Notes under the pieces: model-generated
Database searches by the model: none
Told to the model about the DNA's origin: nothing
What the model saw: only the letters and a program-made list of their open reading frames with translations
Program-made: the position numbers and the translations under genes
From: an uncultured Nitrososphaerota archaeon
GTDB lineage: Archaea; Korarchaeota; Korarchaeia; Korarchaeales; Korarchaeaceae
Direction of reading: 5' to 3'
Assembly: GCA_964618805.1 (NCBI GenBank)
Contig: CAZUBM010000007.1
Span: forward strand, 30,183-94,182
Length of the DNA stretch: 64,000 nt
In this document: one piece after another, positions 1 through 9,383 of the stretch
Numbering within the stretch: the stretch's first letter is position 1
Layout of the letters: the number at the start of each line of letters is the position of its first letter

Positions 1-70
1 GAAGTTTATAAAGGAATTGGCCGTGAAGAGCCAGCCTGCTCATTAGTACGATGTTCTTCGAGCGCATCAT
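1..70 (-). CDS. 5' end of a gene running off the window (MMRSKNIVLMSRL...), possibly a glycosyltransferase
   Basis: ATG at 70 overlaps the TGA of the GT2 gene (translational coupling); the frame is open to the window edge. Confidence 0.45.
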   Translation of the reverse strand, partial: MMRSKNIVLMSRLALHGQFLYKL

Positions 71-1182
71 CAAACCTTACCCTCACTAAAAGCCCTTCTG
101 CCTAGGATGAGCCCCTTTAGGAAGCCGATGCCGATCAAGTTGTGCATGAGCCAGAACATGGCGGGCAGGATGAGCGCCAGCTTGCCTACTTTTTTGTAAA
201 GCCATAAAGACATCAGAAAGTTAACAGCCCAATATACCAGCAACGGGATCAGGAGCGCGATGTCAAGGCCCCTCACTAGGATCGCTGGTATCAACGCCTG
301 GTAGGATACGAACAGGGATGGGACGAACCATGCGGGATGAAAGTAGCCCTTTCTGACGCATAATCCCCTTGCGGCTCCGTTGTCGAGGGTCTGAGACACG
401 AACTTGGAGAAGGAGTTCCTTGTGTAGTAATAAGACAAGATTTCCGGGTTGTAATACAGCTTGAACCCCTTCTTCACAAGCCTCAGGCTCAGCTCCAGGT
501 CGTTGCCTTTTATCATGTCCTCATCGAAGTGCCCAACTTCCTCAACTATGGCCTTATCGTATAGTGCATATGGAACCGTTTTCGCGAAGTGCGGATTTGT
601 CGAGCGCCAAAAACTGCTCCCGCCTGAGAATGGGGAGAGCATCATGGAGGCTACGATCTTGGAGATTAGTCCTCCGTGGATCGCCTCGACCCTCCCGCCA
701 ACAGCTACAACCCTTGGGTTCTTCTCTCTCGCTTTGAGAAGGGTCTCAACCTCCTTTTCTATGAAATCTTTCTCCACGAAGGAATGTCCGCTGAGTATGA
801 TGAAGTAGTCGCCTCTGGACTCGCGTATGCCCAAGTTGAAGGCATGCACGTGCTTTATCTTCTCGTTCTTGAGTACCCTAAGGTTCATCCTCCCTTTAAA
901 ACTTCTGACGACCTCTAATGTTCGATCCTTTGACATGCCGTCTATTACGAGGACTTCAAATCTTTCATTAGGATAAGTCTGTCTGGTTAACGACTCTAGG
1001 CACCTTCTAATGTATCTTTCTTCGTTTCGAGTGGGGATTATAATTGATATGAATGGTAGCGAAGGGGCGGAGGCATTTTGCTTTGCCGAAACCTTACCTT
1101 TGTTTTCAGGGGACAATAAGCATCCCTTTCTCAATGGATGTGATGTCTCCTCTTTAAAAGCTTTGATAAAGCTAGTAAGCAC
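70..1182 (-). CDS. GT2 family glycosyltransferase (ExoA-like) with C-terminal TM helices
   Basis: ISIIIPTRNEE, VIDGMSKDRT, GNDLELSLRL motifs; hydrophobic C-terminus; true start may lie downstream of 1182. Confidence 0.9.
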   Translation of the reverse strand: MLTSFIKAFKEETSHPLRKGCLLSPENKGKVSAKQNASAPSLPFISIIIPTRNEERYIRRCLESLTRQTYPNERFEVLVIDGMSKDRTLEVVRSFKGRMNLRVLKNEKIKHVHAFNLGIRESRGDYFIILSGHSFVEKDFIEKEVETLLKAREKNPRVVAVGGRVEAIHGGLISKIVASMMLSPFSGGSSFWRSTNPHFAKTVPYALYDKAIVEEVGHFDEDMIKGNDLELSLRLVKKGFKLYYNPEILSYYYTRNSFSKFVSQTLDNGAARGLCVRKGYFHPAWFVPSLFVSYQALIPAILVRGLDIALLIPLLVYWAVNFLMSLWLYKKVGKLALILPAMFWLMHNLIGIGFLKGLILGRRAFSEGKV

Positions 1183-1376
1183 GTTTTTGATGAGCTAGTA
1201 GCAAATGAGACGTTTAGCATCCATTAAAGATGTAAAAGAAAGGGAGTGGCAGCTCAAGTTACAAGCATGATGAAGCCATCAAACCGGATTTGTTAGAAAT
1301 AGAAGGGCGGAGTGTTGGATTGCGAACAGTTATTAAGTACGTGATTGCTGGAATAGTGAGTCGGAAAGTGCTCCAA

Positions 1377-4300
1377 ATGAAAGCGCGTAACCTCTTGACC
1401 CACCTAGCTCCCATAGTAGTCTCGATACCAATTTTAATTGCACTAAACTATCAGCTATTCGAATCCCCTTTTCTATACGCGGTTATACTATTTGAAGCAG
1501 GTTTAACATACTCTTTTTACCTGTTGTTCTATCACAAATATCTGGTGTCGTTAAGGCTCCAGATAGGGCTAGTGAACGTCTTCAAGCTTAGGACTTTGGA
1601 CATTGCTGTCATCTTGTTGTGTGCCTTCCTTTTTTTCGTAAACTTGTTTGGCCTTCACTTCCTCAACAACGTGATAATCTCCACTTTTATCGTCTGTTTT
1701 GCCCTTGGGTATGCAGTACTGCGTTATCTTAACTTTCGACCCCTCGTTAGCAATGTTGAATGGATCTTACTTTCCTTTTTCGTTAGCATACCAGTGAATT
1801 GTCTCCTCTTCACTATTTCCCTTTTCTTCCCTGCAGAAAGAAGGACTAGCATCCTCTCTTTTATCTACCTTATTTACGTCCTAGCAGTCATCACTTACGC
1901 CAAGAAGGATCTCTCTGGGGAAAAAGCTGGCAACATCGTCCTTAGATTTGATTTAGGGGAGGCAACATGTCTCATCTTGGGAGCAGGGTTCGTTCTCCTG
2001 TCTCTTGCTTATACCTACCCAGAGATGGCTCTCTTGCCTGGGTTAGACATTGTAAGACACTATTCTTCAGCCCTCCTCATCAACACAAACCCTGAGGAGT
2101 ACTCTTCCCCTTATCCCTGGTTTCACTTTCAATTGGCAACAGTACAGCTCCTTTCGAGCCAAGATATAGCGGTATTCCAAACAGTAATGGCTCTTTTTGG
2201 GATGCTATTAGTTCTTGCCATATATCTATTAGCTAAAACTTACCTTTACGGGTTGGATAGGAGGATACCTGCTCTCTCAACGGTTCTTTGGACAACTTTC
2301 TCCGGATTCGGCTGGCTATCGATGTTCTTACTGAAAGATGACATGTGGTCACATGATCGGCTCATCTACTTGAGCAGAGTCTTTCGAGAGTCGTTCTGGG
2401 ATGTGGGATATGGGCAAGGACCTTGGTTGTGGTTGTGGTTTAGACCGTTTGCTGTTGGTATGATAGGGGTAACACTTCTTCTTTATCTCCTGAAGCGGAA
2501 AGACCTTAGTTCGAATGTCTTTCTGACTGTTGCCTTCTTAGTATCGCTCGGAAGTTGTTTAGTCCATTTTCCTGAGTTTGCCTTCTTTGTCGTACTATTT
2601 TCGGTAATCAGCTTATTTCGCATCGAGGAATTGCGTCTTAAAGACATGAACATCTCCTTGATTGGTTCTATTGCTGCTGCCCTCGGTTTATTGGGTATTT
2701 ATGACTTGCTGGGCATTAAAATTGGTATTCCGCTAACTTTCTTACTCTTGCTCTTTGCATTTCCTGCAATTGCTTTGATAGGCAGGTCTAAACTGCTTCA
2801 GATAAAAAGAAGGGTTGGACTAAACTTAAAATGGATCTCTCCAGTTATAGCATGTGTTTTGATAGCTTGGACAGCTTTCATTGCTTATTGGGCGTTGAAT
2901 GTTGAAAAGTTCTCTGCAGTTGCATCTAACTATGCTCTGCAAGTCCCCTGGATGTTCTATCCCGTCTTACTGGGAATTAATGGGTTTCTAGCCCTTATTC
3001 AGGTGCTCATCTCGTTTAGGGATCGCCATTACATGAGTTTTGTTGCTTTGTTCGTCATTATGTTTGTTGTTAGCGTGTTTTTTGGAAAAGCGATATCTCT
3101 TTTTCATATTTACCAAATATCCCTAGAATATTGGGAAAGGCGTGTGATAGGGCTTGTCTTCCTAGCTTCTTCTATAATATCGGCACCAGCCCTTATCCAC
3201 ATATTTAACTCTTGTCCTAAGGCGTTATCGTCCTTATTCTTATCATTAATGGTTTTTAGCGGCGTAACCTCAACTGTCCTAAGCGTAGAGCTTCAACACC
3301 TTTCTACGTCTAGAAGCGCTCTCACACAAAGCGAATTGCTTGATCTAAGTTTCCTAGAAAAGGCGGGCTACGGTCATTATCTGCTCCCGACCTCTCTAAG
3401 ATCCTTTTACGTATCTGAATACGTTCCCTTTAAATGGAGGATTAAGTGGTTTAGATACCAAATCTTAGAGGCTCAGTCAGGGGAATTTGTGTTAAATGCA
3501 CTGTTTTCAACGGGATATCCAGCTATTGTTTACACCGGGGAGAGGGGAGAATCTGTGCTAAGAGAGAATTATTCTAAGAGCTACATCTTACTTCACTTTC
3601 TCAACTCAGTTCCCGCCTTAGACAGGAATGGATCTCACCTGTTCAGGTTGCCTCCTCAAGCACCTCCAGCTGAAAGAAGCGGGGTGGTTCTTGTCCTCCC
3701 AGATGACATCTCGGTTGATTCGGTCCTTTGGTATGGCCTCGACTTTCTATCGACTGCTGGCTACAATTATACTACTGCTCTTCTTTCTGACCTCAAGATG
3801 CTTGGAAATGCGGAGGTCTTGATCGTCCCAAGCTTTAGCATTTACTCTAGACTTTTGGAGTTTGGAAGGACGATTCAGCTTCCTAAGAGAGTTATCCTCT
3901 TAAACCTAGTTAATGCGTCATGCTCACAGGCTGCGAATTCTGAGGAAAATATAAGCGCCAAATTAACAGTTTTGGACCTATATCCACACATCAGAGATTT
4001 GAAAAGGGGACAAAAGGAGTTGTACTATAGATTTGGGGAGATAATCAGGGAAAAACTAGATCTTTCAGGCAATTACATGTTTGAAGAGAAACCCATTAAT
4101 TCTGGAGAAACTGCGGCTTTTAAACGGGCTAAAGTCAGAGGAAAAGTGATCATGACTTTTGAAACTATCCTGATAAAGCCCCTTGTAAATGAGCTGTTGG
4201 CCAATGAAGAGAAGCTAATCCTTCCCAAAAATACTTCGCTCATCACGGCCTTAGATTATGATAAAGCACTCTTGAGGGCTGATTACGCAGAGATTATTCC

Positions 4301-4790
4301 AGGGAAGGGATTCTACCTCAAAATATTGCTTAAGAATGCCACTATTTCGTTCAGCGGAGGTTCTGCTGATCTCTTAACCTTCTCAAACTGCACCCCTATG
4401 CTTCTTCTAGAAAACGTCGAGACGGTAAATATGGAGAAAATGGAAGCTCTAGTGAGAGGATTAGTAGTTGAGGGGAACGGAGAAATAGAATTTGAGGATT
4501 TCTACGCATATGGTTCGCTGTATAGAGAGATTAGGGTCTTAGGTGAAGAATGGGGATTAAGAGGAAATTTTACGTTTGTTGGCTTTTTGGGAGATCAATA
4601 CAGCATTATAAGGGATTTCAGGTACAATGGCGTTGAACTGCTCTCTAGCCCTCAAGAGCAAGCGGAACTCGTAGACAGGCGTGCACTGCGCATTTTATTG
4701 ATTGTGATCATTGTCATGTTTTTGATCCTAATATTTGTTAGAGCAAAGGAAGGGACCTCCGATGAGGAAAACAGTATTAATAGGGCTTGA
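1377..4790 (+). CDS. large polytopic membrane protein, GT-C-like, with a soluble C-terminal region and terminal TM anchor
   Basis: about 20 hydrophobic segments; loop motif PGLDIVRHY resembles the GT-C DxxxH loop; ORF track starts at 1290, but ATG 1377 is more likely. Confidence 0.6.
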   Translation: MKARNLLTHLAPIVVSIPILIALNYQLFESPFLYAVILFEAGLTYSFYLLFYHKYLVSLRLQIGLVNVFKLRTLDIAVILLCAFLFFVNLFGLHFLNNVIISTFIVCFALGYAVLRYLNFRPLVSNVEWILLSFFVSIPVNCLLFTISLFFPAERRTSILSFIYLIYVLAVITYAKKDLSGEKAGNIVLRFDLGEATCLILGAGFVLLSLAYTYPEMALLPGLDIVRHYSSALLINTNPEEYSSPYPWFHFQLATVQLLSSQDIAVFQTVMALFGMLLVLAIYLLAKTYLYGLDRRIPALSTVLWTTFSGFGWLSMFLLKDDMWSHDRLIYLSRVFRESFWDVGYGQGPWLWLWFRPFAVGMIGVTLLLYLLKRKDLSSNVFLTVAFLVSLGSCLVHFPEFAFFVVLFSVISLFRIEELRLKDMNISLIGSIAAALGLLGIYDLLGIKIGIPLTFLLLLFAFPAIALIGRSKLLQIKRRVGLNLKWISPVIACVLIAWTAFIAYWALNVEKFSAVASNYALQVPWMFYPVLLGINGFLALIQVLISFRDRHYMSFVALFVIMFVVSVFFGKAISLFHIYQISLEYWERRVIGLVFLASSIISAPALIHIFNSCPKALSSLFLSLMVFSGVTSTVLSVELQHLSTSRSALTQSELLDLSFLEKAGYGHYLLPTSLRSFYVSEYVPFKWRIKWFRYQILEAQSGEFVLNALFSTGYPAIVYTGERGESVLRENYSKSYILLHFLNSVPALDRNGSHLFRLPPQAPPAERSGVVLVLPDDISVDSVLWYGLDFLSTAGYNYTTALLSDLKMLGNAEVLIVPSFSIYSRLLEFGRTIQLPKRVILLNLVNASCSQAANSEENISAKLTVLDLYPHIRDLKRGQKELYYRFGEIIREKLDLSGNYMFEEKPINSGETAAFKRAKVRGKVIMTFETILIKPLVNELLANEEKLILPKNTSLITALDYDKALLRADYAEIIPGKGFYLKILLKNATISFSGGSADLLTFSNCTPMLLLENVETVNMEKMEALVRGLVVEGNGEIEFEDFYAYGSLYREIRVLGEEWGLRGNFTFVGFLGDQYSIIRDFRYNGVELLSSPQEQAELVDRRALRILLIVIIVMFLILIFVRAKEGTSDEENSINRA

Positions 4791-6294
4791 TGGCTGCTGT
4801 TTTGACATTTTAAACCGCCTTATGGCTGAAGGAAAGCTGCCAACATTATCAGAGATAATCTTAGAAGGTTCTCGAGGAGTCCTTAGATCTACAATCCCTC
4901 CAAACTCCCTACCAGCTTGGACAAGCATCTTCACCGGCGTTAATCCTGGAAAGCACGGGATAATTGATTCAATACTCCGTATTAACGGAGAGATCAGGGT
5001 TGCTACTTCTAGAGACAGGGTTGTGCCGCTGTTATGGAAAATCTTGGACGTATACGGTGTGAAACAGGTTGTCGTCAACGAACCAGTCACGTATCCACCA
5101 GAACCGATAAATGGAGTTTTGCTTACGGGTTTTTCAACTCCCCCATCGGCTCAAAACTACATTTACCCATCCGAGCTAAGGGAAGAGGTTGATAGAGCTT
5201 GTGGAGGCTACATGCCTGACTTAGAGCCCGACTTTGAGAGAGCAATATCCAGGGATAGAAGCAAAGGTCTTGAGATAATAGAGGATTTTGCAAGGAGAAC
5301 ATTCGAAGCTGCTTATTATTTAGCTAAAAACTACGAGTGGAACCTTTTTGCCTGTATCTTTACGTCTACGGATCGTCTTTTGCACTTCTATTTTAACGAC
5401 TTCAAAGCCATTGCGTCGCACCTTAACCTAATAGATGGTATGATTTCAAGGGTGTTAGAATTGACAGAAGCCAATGTTTTGATAGTATCGGATCACGGCT
5501 TCGGTCCGTTAAATAAATCTTTTCATATAAATTCATGGCTTAAGAAATTAAATTTCCTTAAGGAAAGGAGATCTTTGCTCAATAGGCTGCTGTTAGGGCT
5601 TGGATTGGATTACAAAAGGCTTGCTTCCCTCCTCACCAAGGTTAAATTGTACAGGGCCGCTGCAAGGCTAACGCCCAAGTCGATTAAAGAGGCGATACCA
5701 ACAGATGCTGGGGAATCAGCAGTAGATCATAAAGAAAGTTTATTTTACTCTTTGAGCGTCAACGGGGGGATATACTTCAATGATAGGGGAATCGAAACAC
5801 CTGATCTCATAGACTACTTGATTGATAGGTTGAAATCCCTTGTTATTGATGATGAGAGGCCAATTGAGCGAATTTTTCTAAAACATGAGGTTCTTTGGGG
5901 GAATTGCATCGATAGAGCCCCTGAAATTTTGTTCTTCCCATCCTATGGATACGAAGTATCGCCAAGGTTACGTTCATCGATTCTAGACTCTCCAAGAGCG
6001 TTTGGGGATATTAGGACAGGAACCCATAGACCTGAGGGAATATTTCTGGCATTTGGTCCAGACATCAAGAAAGGAGGGCTTTTGCGCACCATCAATGCTT
6101 GGGACATTGTTCCAACGATTTTACATGGGTTTGGATTACCAATACCGAGTTACATGGATGGTCGAGTTTTAAAGGAAATATTCAAGGAGAATAGTGAAAT
6201 CTCTACTAGATCCATTAAGCTCGTTAATTGGAACTTAGGTTGGGGGCTGCCTGAAAAGATAAAAAGGATTAAGCTGAGAAAACCGAAGAAATGA
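4762..6294 (+). CDS. alkaline phosphatase superfamily protein (type I phosphodiesterase/nucleotide pyrophosphatase)
   Basis: LIGLDG, STIPPNSLPAWTSIFTGVNPGKHG, IVSDHGFG, GTHRPEGIF motifs. Confidence 0.9.
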   Translation: MRKTVLIGLDGCCFDILNRLMAEGKLPTLSEIILEGSRGVLRSTIPPNSLPAWTSIFTGVNPGKHGIIDSILRINGEIRVATSRDRVVPLLWKILDVYGVKQVVVNEPVTYPPEPINGVLLTGFSTPPSAQNYIYPSELREEVDRACGGYMPDLEPDFERAISRDRSKGLEIIEDFARRTFEAAYYLAKNYEWNLFACIFTSTDRLLHFYFNDFKAIASHLNLIDGMISRVLELTEANVLIVSDHGFGPLNKSFHINSWLKKLNFLKERRSLLNRLLLGLGLDYKRLASLLTKVKLYRAAARLTPKSIKEAIPTDAGESAVDHKESLFYSLSVNGGIYFNDRGIETPDLIDYLIDRLKSLVIDDERPIERIFLKHEVLWGNCIDRAPEILFFPSYGYEVSPRLRSSILDSPRAFGDIRTGTHRPEGIFLAFGPDIKKGGLLRTINAWDIVPTILHGFGLPIPSYMDGRVLKEIFKENSEISTRSIKLVNWNLGWGLPEKIKRIKLRKPKK

Positions 6295-6540
6295 AGGAAT
6301 CCAGAATAGCTTTCTGCATCGAAAGAAATTCGCTATATACCTGCTAGAGGCCAGCGCACTAGTTAAAACATGTCCTGAACTTTTACAGAACCATAGGCTA
6401 TTTTAGAGAATTAGTAACTTTCTGAAGGTTAACCCTATTCCGAAGTGAGGTAGACAACAGTAGTAGCCGAAGATTGCTATTTTGAATTTTTCTATTACAA
6501 ACAACTTAAAAATTAACGCGCTATATCTAGGCTGTTATAG

Positions 6541-7236
6541 ATGGCGTACAACGTATCAATAGTGGTTCCAACCTACCAGGAAAGAGAAAACATCGCATAC
6601 TTCATATACAGGATTGAATCCGCTCTAAAGGGCCTTAACTTTGAAATAATCGTAGTTGATGACAACAGCCCTGATGGAACTGCTGATCTAGCCGAGAAAC
6701 TAAACGATCAGTACGGAAATATCAAAGTGATAAGGAGGCCAGCAAAGCTTGGGCTTGGATCGGCTATAACCGACGGAATTAAAGCCTCAAATTCCGATGT
6801 GATAGTTGTAATGGACGCTGATCTTCAGCATCCGCCTGAGCTGCTACCAAAGATGTTGCAGAAGATTAAACGAGACAATGACCTAGTTATAGCTTCAAGA
6901 TACGTTAAGGGAGGAGGAATAGAGGGGTGGACCTTAGGTAGGAGGATTATCTCTAAGGGAGCTAAGCTCTTGGCTCACTTCTTACTGCCTAAGACGAGGA
7001 GTGTCAGAGATCCTGTATCCGGCTTCTTCATGTTCAGAAGAAAAGTGGTCGAGAACCTTGAGTTAAAGACCTCCGGGTACAAGATACTTTTAGAAATCCT
7101 CGTCAAGGGCTCATACAACTCGTTAGCTGAGATCCCTTATACCTTTGTTCAAAGAAAAAGGGGTAAGAGCAAGCTGACTTTGAAAGAAATGTTAGGATAC
7201 GTTAATCTATTAATTAATTTGATGATTGGCAAATGA
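6541..7236 (+). CDS. dolichol/polyprenol-phosphate mannose (hexose) synthase, DPM1-like GT2
   Basis: VVDDNSPDGT, MDADLQHPPE, DPVSGFF, RKRGKSKL motifs. Confidence 0.9.
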   Translation: MAYNVSIVVPTYQERENIAYFIYRIESALKGLNFEIIVVDDNSPDGTADLAEKLNDQYGNIKVIRRPAKLGLGSAITDGIKASNSDVIVVMDADLQHPPELLPKMLQKIKRDNDLVIASRYVKGGGIEGWTLGRRIISKGAKLLAHFLLPKTRSVRDPVSGFFMFRRKVVENLELKTSGYKILLEILVKGSYNSLAEIPYTFVQRKRGKSKLTLKEMLGYVNLLINLMIGK

Positions 7237-7271
7237 GGGTAACACAATAGCTGTCAACTGGAGGGAATTAC

Positions 7272-9383
7272 ATGTCAAAGATCCTCTATAGCCTTCTAAA
7301 ATTCTGGTTACGTCTCAAAGGATATTTAATTTCGAAGAAAATAATCCCTGACATAATAGTCCTCGTAGGCATCATGATTTACACGGTTTACTTCTCGAAA
7401 TTAGCTATTCTCAGATACAGGACATTTGATGCATACGCGTGGGATTTGGGATTGTTTAACCAGGCTTTCATAACCACGATTAAGTATGGCAAGCTCTTCT
7501 ACAACACAGTCGAACTTTACATTAGCTCTACTGGCTCATTGTTCGCAATGCATCTATCCCTTGCTTTGTTCCTTCTCTTGCCATTTTACGCCCTGAAACC
7601 AGGTCCAGAAACCCTTTTAATAATTCAAACGGTCTTGCTTGCGTTAGGTGCAGTCCCGCTCTATGCTCTAGCCATAGAGAAGTTAAAAAACAGGTGGGCC
7701 GCATCTTCCGTCGCTATTTCCTATCTTCTGTATCCTCCCTTGCACGGAGTAAACTGGTTTGACTTTCATTTCCAAGCCATGATTCCAGTCTTCTTGTTCT
7801 CTTTTCTATACTTCTTCGAGAAAAAGAAAGTATTTTACTCCATGCTCTTTGCCATACTCACTTTGAGCGTTGAAGAGATGGGAACTAGCCTCCTCATGGC
7901 TTTACTTTCCTTCTACACTTTATGGAGGTATAAGAAGATAGAAATATCTGTCTCTAAAGAGAGTTCAGAAAAAGAGAAACAAGAGAAGGAAGATGATGAG
8001 AAAAAAGATGAGGAAGAGGAAGTAGTCTCCATTACCCTTGATCTCAGTGATGAAAGGGCTCAGATTTCACTTTTCGTCCTTATCATATCAATCTCCTGGT
8101 TCTTTGTGGCAAGATGGTTGAAAGGAGCGTTTTTCCCAATAAACCCGGATTTCATTCGTAGCTACAAGGCAAGCAAGAACTGGGATGTCCTAGGAGTGGC
8201 TGATCCAATAAAAATCCCAAAACAAATCCTGCTCCATCCATCCAAAGCTCTAGAGGCACTACATTACGACATTTTCTGGAAGTTCCTTTACATAATCCTC
8301 CTCTTCGGACCACTCCTTTTCATTCCTGCTAGAAGCGGCTTTTCCCTAGTCATCATGGCGTTCCTAACCCCATTCCTACTATCTAACTACATGCCTTACT
8401 ACCTGATAGGCCATCAATACCCTGCTTACATCATACCTCTTGTGTTCGCGGCCTTCTTGGACGGCTTGCCTCCCTCCCCCAAGGGCATAGACCGCAGAAC
8501 TCTGGCTTGCGTTATGTTGCTGACCTTCTCCTCCTTCACAGTTGCAAGTCCTCTGGGACCAGCGAGCGCTTATTACCAGATATCCCCTGACTTCAGGCCT
8601 TTAGAGATAACGGAGCACGTAGAGCTATTAACTAAAGTTGTTAATAACATGCCCAACGGCAGCATTTTAACCCAAAATAACATATTCCCCCATCTGTCCA
8701 ACAGGATGGATGTGTATGTTATCCCCTCTTTCTCCATGAGCGATCCTGAAGCCAAGAAGTACCTAAAGTACACCCGAAGTCTCTTGGAAAGGGTAGATTA
8801 CATACTTGTTGACACCAACCTCGATCTATTCGCTCCGAGTCTAGTTACTGATCTCATGAAAGATGAATTTGGGCTATATGCCTATGGAGACGGCATATTT
8901 CTCTATAAAAGAGGGTACAAGGGTCCTATAACCTATCTACTACCTGTGCACGAAGTCTTCGATTACAAGAAGTTGATTCTAGATAACGGGGAGATCATCA
9001 AGGATCCAACAGCCAATAGCGATCGTGTCCTCTATCACAGTAAGTATGATCCCAAGGGAACTTTCTGGTTTGGACCCTACGTAACGTTGCCACGAGGAAA
9101 TTATACCGTTATCTTCAGGTTGAAGGTCGATGAACTTGGCAAGGGTCACCTGATAACCCTTGATGTGGCTACTGATATTGGATCGAAAATTTTGGCGAGC
9201 TATGATGTTGATTTATCGGAGTTTAGTGTAGCTGGAACTTGGAAGAACTTTAAACTCAATTTGTTCTTACCAAAACCAGCCGAAAAGATCGAATTTAGAG
9301 GTATCAATGTATCTAACCTCACAGGCATTTATCTGGACTATGTAGAGGTGGTTAAATCTGAGGAAGGTATTGAAGGAGGTTAG
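7272..9383 (+). CDS. DUF2079-family membrane protein (GT-C-like) with C-terminal beta-sandwich domain, paralog 1
   Basis: AWDLGLFNQ, LYPPLHGVNWFDFH, HQYPA motifs typical of DUF2079. Confidence 0.8.
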   Translation: MSKILYSLLKFWLRLKGYLISKKIIPDIIVLVGIMIYTVYFSKLAILRYRTFDAYAWDLGLFNQAFITTIKYGKLFYNTVELYISSTGSLFAMHLSLALFLLLPFYALKPGPETLLIIQTVLLALGAVPLYALAIEKLKNRWAASSVAISYLLYPPLHGVNWFDFHFQAMIPVFLFSFLYFFEKKKVFYSMLFAILTLSVEEMGTSLLMALLSFYTLWRYKKIEISVSKESSEKEKQEKEDDEKKDEEEEVVSITLDLSDERAQISLFVLIISISWFFVARWLKGAFFPINPDFIRSYKASKNWDVLGVADPIKIPKQILLHPSKALEALHYDIFWKFLYIILLFGPLLFIPARSGFSLVIMAFLTPFLLSNYMPYYLIGHQYPAYIIPLVFAAFLDGLPPSPKGIDRRTLACVMLLTFSSFTVASPLGPASAYYQISPDFRPLEITEHVELLTKVVNNMPNGSILTQNNIFPHLSNRMDVYVIPSFSMSDPEAKKYLKYTRSLLERVDYILVDTNLDLFAPSLVTDLMKDEFGLYAYGDGIFLYKRGYKGPITYLLPVHEVFDYKKLILDNGEIIKDPTANSDRVLYHSKYDPKGTFWFGPYVTLPRGNYTVIFRLKVDELGKGHLITLDVATDIGSKILASYDVDLSEFSVAGTWKNFKLNLFLPKPAEKIEFRGINVSNLTGIYLDYVEVVKSEEGIEGG

